The position numbers were made by a program, and so were the translations under genes. From an uncultured Ruthenibacterium sp. (GTDB taxonomy: Bacteria > Bacillota > Clostridia > Oscillospirales > Ruminococcaceae), in assembly GCA_910587145.1 (NCBI GenBank), contig CAJUMH010000008.1:8168-72167 (forward strand): 64,000 nt of DNA, written 5' to 3'. The notes below the pieces were generated by a model. The model ran no database searches. It was not told the origin of the DNA and was given only the letters and a program-made list of their open reading frames with translations. How positions within the stretch are numbered: the first letter of the stretch is position 1; every line of letters begins with the position of its first letter. Positions 1 through 9,005 of the stretch are shown here, piece by piece.

Positions 1-438
1 TTTTAAAATGTTCACCGTCAGCATATACAGCGGCACTTGGATTACCTGATACGGCACCATCATCGTGCCGAGGAACAGCCAGAAAAAAACCTGGCTGCCG
101 CGAAAGCGGATCTTTGCGAAAGCGTAGCCTGCCATGCCCGCAAAAAGCACATTGCCCACCGTTACCACTGCCGCAATGAAAAGGGAGTTGAAGATCCAGC
201 GCAGCGAATACGGGCTGAAATCGAAGAAAAATTTGTACGAATCCAGCGTTACCACACGGGGAAACAGCGTATAGTTCGCCGAACCGGCCTCCACCGGGCG
301 CCCCAGCGACGTGATGAACATAAAATAAATCGGGAACAGCATCACCACGGCAAACAGCGCCAGCACAGCAAAGCTGACGGCCGTGCGCGCCTTGTCTGCA
401 GTCTGCTGTTTTTTGGTAGATTTGAGTAAAACCGACAT
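1..438 (-). CDS. Carbohydrate ABC transporter permease (second TM subunit), 5' part only; runs off the window edge
   Basis: Not in the ORF track. Manual translation from ATG at 438 gives MSVLLKSTKKQQTADKARTAVSFAVLALFAVVMLFPIYFMFITSLG...WIFNSLFIAAVVTVGNVLFAGMAGYAFAKIRFRGSQVFFWLFLGTMMVPYQV, open to base 1; directly follows the permease at 453-1367. Confidence 0.85.
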   Translation of the reverse strand, partial: MSVLLKSTKKQQTADKARTAVSFAVLALFAVVMLFPIYFMFITSLGRPVEAGSANYTLFPRVVTLDSYKFFFDFSPYSLRWIFNSLFIAAVVTVGNVLFAGMAGYAFAKIRFRGSQVFFWLFLGTMMVPYQVIQVPLYMLTVNILK

Positions 439-452
439 TTTTGTCCCCCCTC

Positions 453-1367
453 TCAATATTCCACGTCGCTGCCCAGCCACTTGAACTGCACCGCCGTGAG
501 CGCAACGATAATGGCGGTGAGGATCAGCGCCTGCGCGCAGGCCGCGCCATAATCAAAGTAGGTAAAGGCGTTGCGGAAGATTAAAAAGCCGATGGTCGTG
601 GTTGCGTTGTTGGGGCCGCCGCCGGTCATCAAATACGCCGTCTGGAATACCTGAAACGAGGCAATGATGCCTGTGACAAGCAAAAACAGCGTTGTGGGCT
701 TGAGCAGCGGAATAATGATGCGCCACACCTTTGTCCAGTAGCTGGCGCCTTCGATATCGGCCGCTTCAAACAGGGAGTTGTCGATGCCCAGAATGGCGGC
801 AGAATAAATGATGATATTTTTGCCGTGATTGCCCAGCCACGTCATGATTAGCAGCGAGAGCATGGCCGTTTTGCTCGTGCCCAGCCAGTTTTGCGTCTCC
901 ATGCCAAACATGGCCAGCAGCCGGTTTGCAAGCCCGCCCTCCAGCGGGTTGAAGATCCACAGCCAGACGATGGACAGCGTAACGCCCGACGCAAGCACGG
1001 GCAGGTAATACGCCGCCTTGAAGAAGGTTTGCGCCCACCGGCGCAGCAGCGACATCAGCGTGGCCAGGCTGAACGAGATGATCAGGCTTACGGGAACGGA
1101 GCCCACCGTATAAACGACCGTATTCCAAATGGCCTTCCAGAACAGGCTGCTGTCGAATGTGCCCTTAAAGTTTTGAAGCCCGACAAATTCCGAGCCCATG
1201 GGCCGGTATTTTTGAAAGCTGATGGTAAATGCGCTGATGAGCGGATAAGCCGTAAAAATCAAAAACAGAATGATCGCCGGAAGAATAAACAAATACCCCC
1301 ATACAGCGTCGCTGCGCCCCAAAGACGCCCTGCGCGGCCGCTTTGCATGCTCCTTTACCGTTTTCAT
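453..1367 (-). CDS. Carbohydrate ABC transporter permease
   Basis: Multiple TM helices; EAA motif (LFEAADIEGASYWTKVWRIIIPLLKP); RBS GAGGAG upstream. Confidence 0.92.
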   Translation of the reverse strand: MKTVKEHAKRPRRASLGRSDAVWGYLFILPAIILFLIFTAYPLISAFTISFQKYRPMGSEFVGLQNFKGTFDSSLFWKAIWNTVVYTVGSVPVSLIISFSLATLMSLLRRWAQTFFKAAYYLPVLASGVTLSIVWLWIFNPLEGGLANRLLAMFGMETQNWLGTSKTAMLSLLIMTWLGNHGKNIIIYSAAILGIDNSLFEAADIEGASYWTKVWRIIIPLLKPTTLFLLVTGIIASFQVFQTAYLMTGGGPNNATTTIGFLIFRNAFTYFDYGAACAQALILTAIIVALTAVQFKWLGSDVEY

Positions 1368-1571
1368 GGGCACTCTCCTCTCTTTACTTTTCTCTTTGCC
1401 GGGATACCGGAGCTTTCTTTTTTGCGAAGGCCGTTAAAGTTAAACCGGAGCGGCCCAACGCCCTGACGCGGGCGCCGGGCCGCTGCAGCCAGACGGTATG
1501 AAAGGCCCAAAGCTTTTCTCAAAAAGCTCCGTAAGCAAGGGCTTTGTCAAAGGTTCCCGCCGCAGAATCTT

Positions 1572-3023
1572 TTACCGAACACCGTCCTCGCCAAACTGGG
1601 CGATCGCGGCCTCGCAAACCTGCTCGTACATGGCCTCCGGCGTGACCTCGTTGGCAAGCAGCGCCTGGAACAGCGGAAGGATCGTCTCTTCCTTGATGCG
1701 CGTTACCTTATCGCTCTGTTCCTCGGTCATCGTGATGTTGGGCTTATAGATGGCGGCATTGGAGCGCGCATTGAATGCGGCGTTGTCCTCGTTCAGGATG
1801 ATGCCCGTCTTCTCCTGCGCCCAGGCCATCTCGGCGCGGCCGGAGGCGTTTGCCGGCGATGCGGCGCCCAGTGTGCAGATCTCGGCATCCACCTTGCCGG
1901 AAGTAAGATAGTTCAGCGCCAGAATGATATTCGCAATATGCTCCGGGGTGGGCTCTTCCTTCTGGCGGAAGGCCATCATGCCGGATACGCCGCCGGCCGT
2001 TACATAGTCGCAGCCTTCCAGCGTAGGCATCGGAATGCCCACATACTCCAGATGCCGCGAGCCCTCCACGGCGGAGCCGGGGTCTTCTTCCAGCAGCCTG
2101 TTGTTGTTGGCGGCCAAGAGCTCAAAGTTCGGCAGCCCCTTGCCGGTGATCATCGTGTTGCCGGTGAGCATCAGGTTCCAGCGCATTCCGGCGTCCACAG
2201 AGCTCGATTCCTTCGGCATCACGCCGGCATCAATGAGGCCGCGTACAAACTGCAGGCATTTCAGGAAGTTTTCGTCGGTATAGGCATATCTGCCGTTCTC
2301 GTCGATGGGATTCTCCATGTTTGCGCAGCAGCAAAGCAGATCGAGCAGATCGGTTGCGGTAACGCCGGCACAGGCAAACGTAAAGCCATAGACATCGTCT
2401 TTTACGCCCTTCGCGGCCTCTGCGGCAAACTCCTCAAATGTCCAGCCCTCTTCCTGGATCTTCTTCCAATCGATCTTGGCGTCCTCAAGGTATTCTCTGT
2501 TGCCGCCCAGTGTGTATGGGCTTACCCACATCGGCAGGCCGTACAGCGCATCGCCGTTGCGGAAAAACTCCAGCGCGCCTTCGTCGTAATCGGCCAGCAC
2601 ATCGTCGGAAACATATTCCGTCAGATCAAGCAGCATCCCGCTGCTAAGATATTGCTGGATCTTGGTGATCGAGTTGTTCGGATAGGTGATATCGGGCGGA
2701 GAACCGGCGTTTACCATCACATTCAGCTTGTCCTCGTAGTCCTCCCAGCTTGTAGTAACGAATTCGAGGGTGATCCACGGATACATCCCCTCAAACTCGG
2801 CCTTCAGATCGGGGATCAGATCGCTGTAGGTGGGGATAATCGGCGGAACCAATACGGTAAGCGTTTCTTCCGGATGCTCCGTACCGGCAGCGCCGGCGTC
2901 TGCGCTGTCCGCGGGAGCGGGTGCAGCCGATGTGCCTTGGCCGGCGGAAGAGCTGCCGGAGCAGCCGGCCAGCATAGCGCACAGCATGATGACTGTCAGG
3001 AAAAGTGCGGTGAGTTTTTTCAT
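1572..3023 (-). CDS. Sugar ABC transporter substrate-binding lipoprotein
   Basis: Lipobox LAGC, Ser/Ala-rich linker, family-1 SBP features (SWEDYEDKLNVMVNAGSPPDI; DALYGLPMW); upstream of two permeases. Confidence 0.9.
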   Translation of the reverse strand: MKKLTALFLTVIMLCAMLAGCSGSSSAGQGTSAAPAPADSADAGAAGTEHPEETLTVLVPPIIPTYSDLIPDLKAEFEGMYPWITLEFVTTSWEDYEDKLNVMVNAGSPPDITYPNNSITKIQQYLSSGMLLDLTEYVSDDVLADYDEGALEFFRNGDALYGLPMWVSPYTLGGNREYLEDAKIDWKKIQEEGWTFEEFAAEAAKGVKDDVYGFTFACAGVTATDLLDLLCCCANMENPIDENGRYAYTDENFLKCLQFVRGLIDAGVMPKESSSVDAGMRWNLMLTGNTMITGKGLPNFELLAANNNRLLEEDPGSAVEGSRHLEYVGIPMPTLEGCDYVTAGGVSGMMAFRQKEEPTPEHIANIILALNYLTSGKVDAEICTLGAASPANASGRAEMAWAQEKTGIILNEDNAAFNARSNAAIYKPNITMTEEQSDKVTRIKEETILPLFQALLANEVTPEAMYEQVCEAAIAQFGEDGVR

Positions 3024-3325
3024 GGGTTATCCTCCTTTTTTGTCTGGGATACATCCCTCGGCAAAGGCTTGCCTGCTGTCAGGTTGAAAAAAAGCGTTTT
3101 TTCTTACGGGCGGTTCCGGTAAGAAGCCAAGGTGCTTTTTTGCCGTTCTCCCCGAAAAACACGCGCGCCATTATCGGGTGATGCTTCTATTGTTGAAGCA
3201 CAGCGGGAAAGCCTGCCGTGCCAACAGCCGATCTTCTTCACGCACTCATTTCCCCGGGCTTCGCATCCGTTTATGAATGAATATTTATTGACCCTCGGAG
3301 AAGCTGCTTTATATCCGTATGTAAT

Positions 3326-3356
3326 CATGTTTTTGTATTGTCATTACAATATCATG
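3326..3356. promoter_or_regulatory. Imperfect 31-bp palindrome, candidate transcription-factor site
   Basis: CATGTTTTTGTA-TTGTCAT-TACAATATCATG in the AT-rich divergent intergenic region. Confidence 0.45.
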
Positions 3357-3762
3357 AATTGTTGTATCCGTCAAGATATTTTGAATCAAAAAAATAATTT
3401 TGTCATTTATTGTCAAAATTAAAGCCTGTCTTTGGGCATTTTCACCTGTCTGCATTTTTTGCGTCTCTGTACAACTTTATTCCGTTTTTTCAAAAATACA
3501 GCATTTTGCTGTTTAAGGAATGGGTACTTTTCTTGCAGCTTTTTCTCTTTTCGGCACTGGATTGCATAAAAAAACGCCTGTTTTTGGGGAAAAACAGGCG
3601 TAAAAGCAGTTTGCAGAAAAATTCCCCCTCTTTGGCTCTCCATGGCCGGCCGCCGCACGATGCCCGGAAAAGAAGAGCCCGATCGGAATGCAGATTTTTT
3701 ACAAATTCGTCCTTTTTTCACAAGGCAGGGGCCCTTTCAAAAAATTTTTATTTGTTTCTCTA

Positions 3763-3791
3763 TTGACAGAAAATCATTTTTCTTTTATGCT
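3763..3791 (+). promoter_or_regulatory. Sigma-A promoter for the Fe-ADH operon
   Basis: TTGACA (3763-3768), 17 bp spacer, TATGCT (3786-3791). Confidence 0.75.
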
Positions 3792-3914
3792 TGTAGTGCT
3801 TTCCGGTTGTAACTGCAAGTATTTTTCGAACAAATGCAGTATATTTTTATTTATATTTTATGTATTTATTTTCATAATCGTCCGAGAAAAATATTTCAGA
3901 AAGAGAGGCCGTAT

Positions 3915-5087
3915 ATGGAAAATTTTTATTACAACATTCCCACCAAGGTGTATTTTGGCAAAGGGCAGATCGTCCATCTGGGCGAATGCCTGCGCGCCTG
4001 CGGATCCTCCGTTCTGCTGGTATACGGGGGCGGCAGCATTCACAAAAACGGCGTGTATGAGGCTGTTACCGCACATCTGCGCGCGGCAGAGCTGCCATGG
4101 CGGGAGCTGCCGGGCGTAGAGCCGAATCCGCGCTGCACCTCGGTGGACAAAGGCGCAGCGCTGTGCCGCGCGCATGGGCTGAATGTGATTTTAGCAGTGG
4201 GCGGCGGCAGCGTGATCGATTGCGCCAAGGTGATCGCAGCCGCCGCAGACTACGACGGCCCTTCCTGGGAGCTGATGGAAGACCGCACGCGCGTGCGCAG
4301 TGTTCTGCCGGTTGTCTCGGTGGTTACCGCCGCCGGCACCGGCTCGGAAATGGACAGCGGCGCCGTGATCTCCAACTGGGAAACCAGGCAGAAGCTCAGC
4401 ATCGGCCGTGTGGACATGTATCCCCGTTACACCATTATGGACCCCACCTATACCTTTTCCGTACCGCCCAGACAAACGGCGGCAGGCACGGCCGATATGA
4501 TCTCGCATATTTTTGAGCTGTACTTCAGCCGCACGCCGCACACGCTGATGAGCGACAATCTGTGCGAGGGTTTGCTGCGCACCTGCATTGCCAGCGGCCC
4601 CGCCGCTTTGCAGAATCCGGAGGATTACCACGCCCGCGCCGAGCTGCTGTGGGCCTCCGGCTGGGCCATCAACGGCTTTTTGCGCAGCGGAAGGCTGGGC
4701 GCCTGGAGCTGCCATCCCATGGAGCATCCGCTGAGCGCGTGGTACGATATCACACACGGCGTCGGTCTTGCCATTCTAACGCCGCGCTGGATGCGTTATA
4801 TTCTGCAAAAAGACGCTTCCAGCGCAGCAAAGCTTGCTGCCTATGCCGTCCATGTATGGAACGCAGACCCCGCGCTCGGCCGGCAGGCGTGCGCGCTGTA
4901 CGGCATTGATCGCACGGAACAGTTCTTCTATGAGATACTTGGCCTGCCCAATTCGCTTGGTGCGCTGGGAATTGACGACGCCCGCTTCGTGCAGATGGCG
5001 CAGACAGCCGCCGCAGAGGGGCTGTCCAATGCCTTTGTTCCCTTAACGGCCGAGGATGTTGCTGCAATTTATCGCGCCTGCCTGTAG
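3915..5087 (+). CDS. Iron-containing alcohol dehydrogenase (BdhA/YqhD-like)
   Basis: Start MENFYYNIPTKVYFG after AGAGAGG; GGGSVID motif, TAAGTGSE, metal ligands D...H (CHPMEH, ITHGVG). Confidence 0.9.
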   Translation: MENFYYNIPTKVYFGKGQIVHLGECLRACGSSVLLVYGGGSIHKNGVYEAVTAHLRAAELPWRELPGVEPNPRCTSVDKGAALCRAHGLNVILAVGGGSVIDCAKVIAAAADYDGPSWELMEDRTRVRSVLPVVSVVTAAGTGSEMDSGAVISNWETRQKLSIGRVDMYPRYTIMDPTYTFSVPPRQTAAGTADMISHIFELYFSRTPHTLMSDNLCEGLLRTCIASGPAALQNPEDYHARAELLWASGWAINGFLRSGRLGAWSCHPMEHPLSAWYDITHGVGLAILTPRWMRYILQKDASSAAKLAAYAVHVWNADPALGRQACALYGIDRTEQFFYEILGLPNSLGALGIDDARFVQMAQTAAAEGLSNAFVPLTAEDVAAIYRACL

Positions 5088-5091
5088 CCTG

Positions 5092-5125
5092 CAGCCCGGC
5101 AAAGCACACAGCCCGGCAAAGCACA
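5092..5125 (+). repeat. Perfect 2 x 17-bp tandem duplication
   Basis: CAGCCCGGCAAAGCACA twice, between the ADH stop and the serine hydrolase start. Confidence 0.85.
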
Positions 5126-5173
5126 GGCTTTTCTGTTCTGCAGCGTTCATTTCACCTTTCTGGAGGCTTCTTT

Positions 5174-6552
5174 ATGGAACAATGGATCCACCCCAGTCTC
5201 TCTACCGATGCACTGAGCACGCTCCTGGAACGCGCGAAGGCGTGTAAAACCGAATTTCATACCCTGCAACTGTATGAGGACGGCGCATGCATGCTGCGCT
5301 GGGCTCTTGCGCCCTATACCTGCGGGGCGCGGCACGAAATGTATTCCCTCAGCAAGATCTTTACCGCTACGGCCGCCGGGATAGCCTATACGCGCGGGCA
5401 GCTGCATCCGGATGACCCGGTCGCGCACTGGTTTCCGGAATACACGGCGCAGGCCGCGCGGGAGGATGCGCGCTGGAGCCGTATGCGTGTGCGCGACATT
5501 CTTTCCATGACGACCGGGCACAAAAGCTGTGTGCTCCCACGCATGGCCTTTGCGCAAAACGCGGTAGAGGCTTTTTTCCGTTCCCCCCTCTCCTACGAGC
5601 CCGGCACGCATTTTACCTACAACACCGGCGCAAGCTGCATCGCGGCGGAGATGGTGGCGCTTGCAACGGGCAAAACCGTACCCGATCTGCTTGCACAGGA
5701 GTTTTTCGCTCCGCTGGGCCGGGATGCCGCCTTCTGGCGAACCTGTGCGGACGGTCACTGCATCGGCGGCGCCGGCATCTGCGCATCCAGCGACGATATC
5801 GTTCAGCTCGGTCTGCTGTACCTGAACGGAGGCGTACTGCAGGGCCGACGGCTGCTTGCGCCGAATGGATCGAAACAGCTGTGCGCGCCCATGCCTCTAC
5901 TGCCGATAAGGTCTGGCCCGATTGGTGCGAGGGCTACGGCTTCCATTTTTGGCGCAACGCACACGGCGGCTATCGCGGCGACGGCGCCTTTGGCCAGTAT
6001 TGTCTGATTTTGCCCGAACAGCGGCAACTGCTGGTTGCAACGGCAGAAAGCGAGGAGATCCACACAGAAATCGCACTTTTGTGGGAATTTTTGGAGCATC
6101 TTCATGACAAGGGATCCCATGCACAGCCGCCATGTGCTTATGCTCCGCGCGGCCTGCTGGACAAAGGCTGCACCGATACCGGCTGGCTGCCCTGTACGGC
6201 AAACCCGATGGGCTTTACGGCGCTTCGTATCTTTAAAAACGAAGCAGAAGCCGCGCTGCAGCTGTGTGACGGAAGCCGCATGCAGACACTGCGCGCCCCT
6301 TCCGGCGCGTGGCGCGAAAACGTGCTTTTTGCCAAGGCGCTGCGGCCCACCCTTTATACGATGCTGCCCCGCACCGAGACAGAGCCTTTGCGCCTGTGCT
6401 GTGCCGCATACGACCGGGACGGCGCCACACGGCTGGAATGCCGCAGTCTGGATACGCCGCACGCCTTCGAGATCGTCTGCCATGTGCACAGGGACGGCGC
6501 GCGGCTGGAATTTTCTTCTCCGCACGATGTATTTGGTCCGGACATCTGCTGA
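5174..6552 (+). pseudogene. Beta-lactamase-family (class C-like) serine hydrolase, split by a 1-nt frameshift near 5861
   Basis: SxxK (YSLSK) and YxN (YNT) in ORF 5174-6007; C-terminal part (EWIETAVRAH...GYGFHFW...YRGDGAFGQ) continues in the frame of ORF 5881-6552; one added base gives a 459-aa protein. Confidence 0.8.
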
Positions 6553-6729
6553 TGCACCGGGCAGCGCTGAAGGCCGGCCGGCATCCTCTGCACAGCTTCT
6601 TCGGCGTTGCCGGCCGGCAGGCCAACATCCAATCTATAAAGGAGCGATCCACCGCATCCCCTACCGTGCAGCACAGCCCTTGGAGAGGGGCTATAAAAAC
6701 TACTACTTTATAAGACAAGGAACGGTAAC

Positions 6730-7809
6730 ATGATGAAAATGCTCGATTACATTCAGGAACAGGCTCCGCTCTTTGCATCGGTACTGGAAAACCGAAAAAA
6801 CATTGTCGCGCCCCTGTGCGCGGTATGCGCAAGGGTACGGCCCCAAAAAATCTGCCTGATCGCCAGCGGCACCTCACGCAATGCCGCGCTGGCCGCCGCG
6901 CCCTTTATGGAAGCACTGCTGGCACTGGACGTGCAGGTTCTGGCCCCTTCGCAGGTAAAAACACTGCGCAATGCGCCCACCCTTGCAATCGTGATCTCGC
7001 AGGGAGGCAATTCGACCAACTCGCTGGCTGTCTTTGATCGGCTGCAAGGCATTCCCACCGTTGCCATGACGGGCAGCCCCTATGGGCACCTCAACAAAAA
7101 GGGCGATACCTATCTTGAGATCCCCTGCGGGGAAGAGCTTGCAGGCCCTAAAACCAAGGGCTACACCATCACGATCCTTACGCTTTACCTGACAGCGCTG
7201 GAATACGCGCTGCAAAACGGCAGCATTACGGCAGAAACCTATGAGCGGATCGTCGGCATTCTGCGGCAGACGGCCGCACAACTGCCCGGAAATATTGCCG
7301 CCGCTGAGGCCTGGACGCAGAATAACCGCGAGAGCCTGAAAAACCTTTCCGGCATTTATCTTGTGGGCAAAATGCAGGGCATGGAGACGGCGGCCGAAGG
7401 CGCGCTGAAGCTGATGGAAACGCTGCTGATCCCCGGTTTTGCATTTGATTTTGAAGAATTTCTGCATGGGCCGGCCTGCTCTCTCCATAAAGCAACAGGC
7501 GGTTTTTATCTGCTGCCCACACCGGACGACCCGGATCACGAGCGGATGCAGCGCCTTGTGGCGTACCACCGCGAGATCTGCCCCGCCGTATATACCGTAG
7601 GCCTTGCCGCCGGCACGAACGAGCGGGACTGCATTGTACAGACAACCGGGCAATGGTATACCCAGCCGTTTGAACAGATCCTGCCGATGCAGATGGCCGC
7701 CGCACACATTCCGGCGCTGCTGGATCTTGCGGACGCCGGCGTTCGGCGCTTTGAAAGGCTGGATGCCGTAATGGGCATCAAGCAGAAGAACAAAGCGGGA
7801 ATGATCTAA
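6730..7809 (+). CDS. Double SIS-domain phosphosugar isomerase/deaminase/deglycase (GlmS-C/AgaS/FrlB-like)
   Basis: ASGTS, ISQGGNS, GPKTKGY, AAEGALKLME, EEFLHGP motifs; no glutaminase domain. Confidence 0.85.
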   Translation: MMKMLDYIQEQAPLFASVLENRKNIVAPLCAVCARVRPQKICLIASGTSRNAALAAAPFMEALLALDVQVLAPSQVKTLRNAPTLAIVISQGGNSTNSLAVFDRLQGIPTVAMTGSPYGHLNKKGDTYLEIPCGEELAGPKTKGYTITILTLYLTALEYALQNGSITAETYERIVGILRQTAAQLPGNIAAAEAWTQNNRESLKNLSGIYLVGKMQGMETAAEGALKLMETLLIPGFAFDFEEFLHGPACSLHKATGGFYLLPTPDDPDHERMQRLVAYHREICPAVYTVGLAAGTNERDCIVQTTGQWYTQPFEQILPMQMAAAHIPALLDLADAGVRRFERLDAVMGIKQKNKAGMI

Positions 7810-7866
7810 AAAAGACCGGCGCTCTTTGAGGCCTTTGAAATTGCCCGAAAGAGCGCCGGTCTTTTT
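7808..7866. terminator. Bidirectional intrinsic terminator between convergent genes
   Basis: AAAAGACCGGCGCTCTTT ... AAAGAGCGCCGGTCTTTT inverted repeat with A/T tails on both sides. Confidence 0.8.
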
Positions 7867-7875
7867 ATCTTGTTT

Positions 7876-8625
7876 TTACGGATTGATCACGTCAAATTCA
7901 AAGCTCCGGACATTTCCGTCCAGATATTCTTCGCTCCAGTCTATGGGGCGGTCGTACTGATCGAGAACGACATTTTTGATACACAGCATCGGCGCCCTGC
8001 GCCGGACGCCAAACAGATCCGCCTGCTCTGCGCTTGCCGCACGCGCGCAGATGGTGCGCCGCGAGCGGGTAACGCGCAGACGGTACTCCTTTTCAAATAC
8101 GTCGTACAGCGAGCGCTGCTCGAAATCGTAGCGGTCGATCCCCGGAAAAACCGGCTCCGGAATATAATTTTCCACCAGAACATACGGTGCCTCGGAAACA
8201 TACCGCATCCGTACAAGGTGCAGGCAGCGTTCCCCCTGCTGCAGCTTGAGCGCGCCAAACAGCTCCGGTGCATAAGCCGTCCATTCCTGCCGCAGCAGCT
8301 GTGTCCGGTGCGGCAGGTTCAGGATCTCCATCTCCTGCGCAAAGCTGAACTGCCGGTGGATAAAACGTCCCAAGTTGCCCGGCCGGCGCACAAAAGTGCC
8401 CTTGCCGCGCTTGCGTTCCACATATCCGGCCTCAATGAGCGCACTGTAGGCCTGACGCGCCACCGGCCGGGAAATGCCCAGCGCGGCACATAGCTCCTCC
8501 TCGGTGGGCAGCTTGCTGCCCTGTGGGATCTGTCCCTCGGAAATGGCGTTCAAAAGCCCCTGCCGCAGCTGTTCATACAGCGGTACCGCGCTGCTCTTAT
8601 CCAAAAACAATCCGTTCCATTCCAT
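7876..8625 (-). CDS. GntR family (HutC subfamily, UTRA domain) transcriptional regulator
   Basis: PLYEQL...KLPTEEELCAALGISRPVARQAY...RGKGTFV wHTH plus C-terminal UTRA; start may be 8646. Confidence 0.9.
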   Translation of the reverse strand: MEWNGLFLDKSSAVPLYEQLRQGLLNAISEGQIPQGSKLPTEEELCAALGISRPVARQAYSALIEAGYVERKRGKGTFVRRPGNLGRFIHRQFSFAQEMEILNLPHRTQLLRQEWTAYAPELFGALKLQQGERCLHLVRMRYVSEAPYVLVENYIPEPVFPGIDRYDFEQRSLYDVFEKEYRLRVTRSRRTICARAASAEQADLFGVRRRAPMLCIKNVVLDQYDRPIDWSEEYLDGNVRSFEFDVINP

Positions 8626-8699
8626 GCTTTCATTTCCCATCATCATCAGATCGCAGGGTTTTCGGCCCGGCCGCCCACGCCGTATCCCGAAAAGCGCCT

Positions 8700-8999
8700 T
8701 TATCCGGCAAGCGCGAACAGCAGAACAATCAGGCCCAGCCCGCCGATGAATGCCAGCGCAATGAGCAGCGCGGCTTTGAGGGCGCCGAGCGTGTACCACA
8801 GCCGTTCCTCCTTGGTAAGGCCGGTCTGCTCCCAGGGGCGGTCGTTTTCGGGCGTCTTTGGGGCCGGGGCGGCGGGGCGCGCCGCCCCGCGCCGCCGGTT
8901 TTCGGGCAGGCGCGGCAAAAACAGCGGCTGCCGGCCAATGTCGCTCATATCGGCGATGGTGCGGCCGTCGTCATCGTCGTAAATACGATTTTTCTTCAT
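8700..8999 (-). CDS. Small membrane-anchored hypothetical protein
   Basis: 99 aa, acidic N-terminus YDDDDGRTIADMS, single C-terminal hydrophobic helix; 6 nt downstream of oppF. Confidence 0.7.
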   Translation of the reverse strand: MKKNRIYDDDDGRTIADMSDIGRQPLFLPRLPENRRRGAARPAAPAPKTPENDRPWEQTGLTKEERLWYTLGALKAALLIALAFIGGLGLIVLLFALAG

Positions 9000-9005
9000 C
9001 GTCGC

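Noticed and set aside
3086-3103. CcpA/LacI-like site GAAAAAAAGCGTTTTTTC upstream of the SBP gene
   Set aside because: Mostly homopolymer runs in an AT-rich region, so the match is not specific enough.
3104-4119. Short ORFs in the AT-rich intergenic region (e.g. 3132-3422, 3410-3766, 3419-3721)
   Set aside because: Phe/Lys-rich translations reflect poly-A/T tracts; no RBS, and they overlap a clear promoter.
5174-6552. Antibiotic-resistance beta-lactamase call
   Set aside because: No signal peptide, and it sits in a sugar catabolic operon. The SxxK fold is shared by many esterases and amidases.
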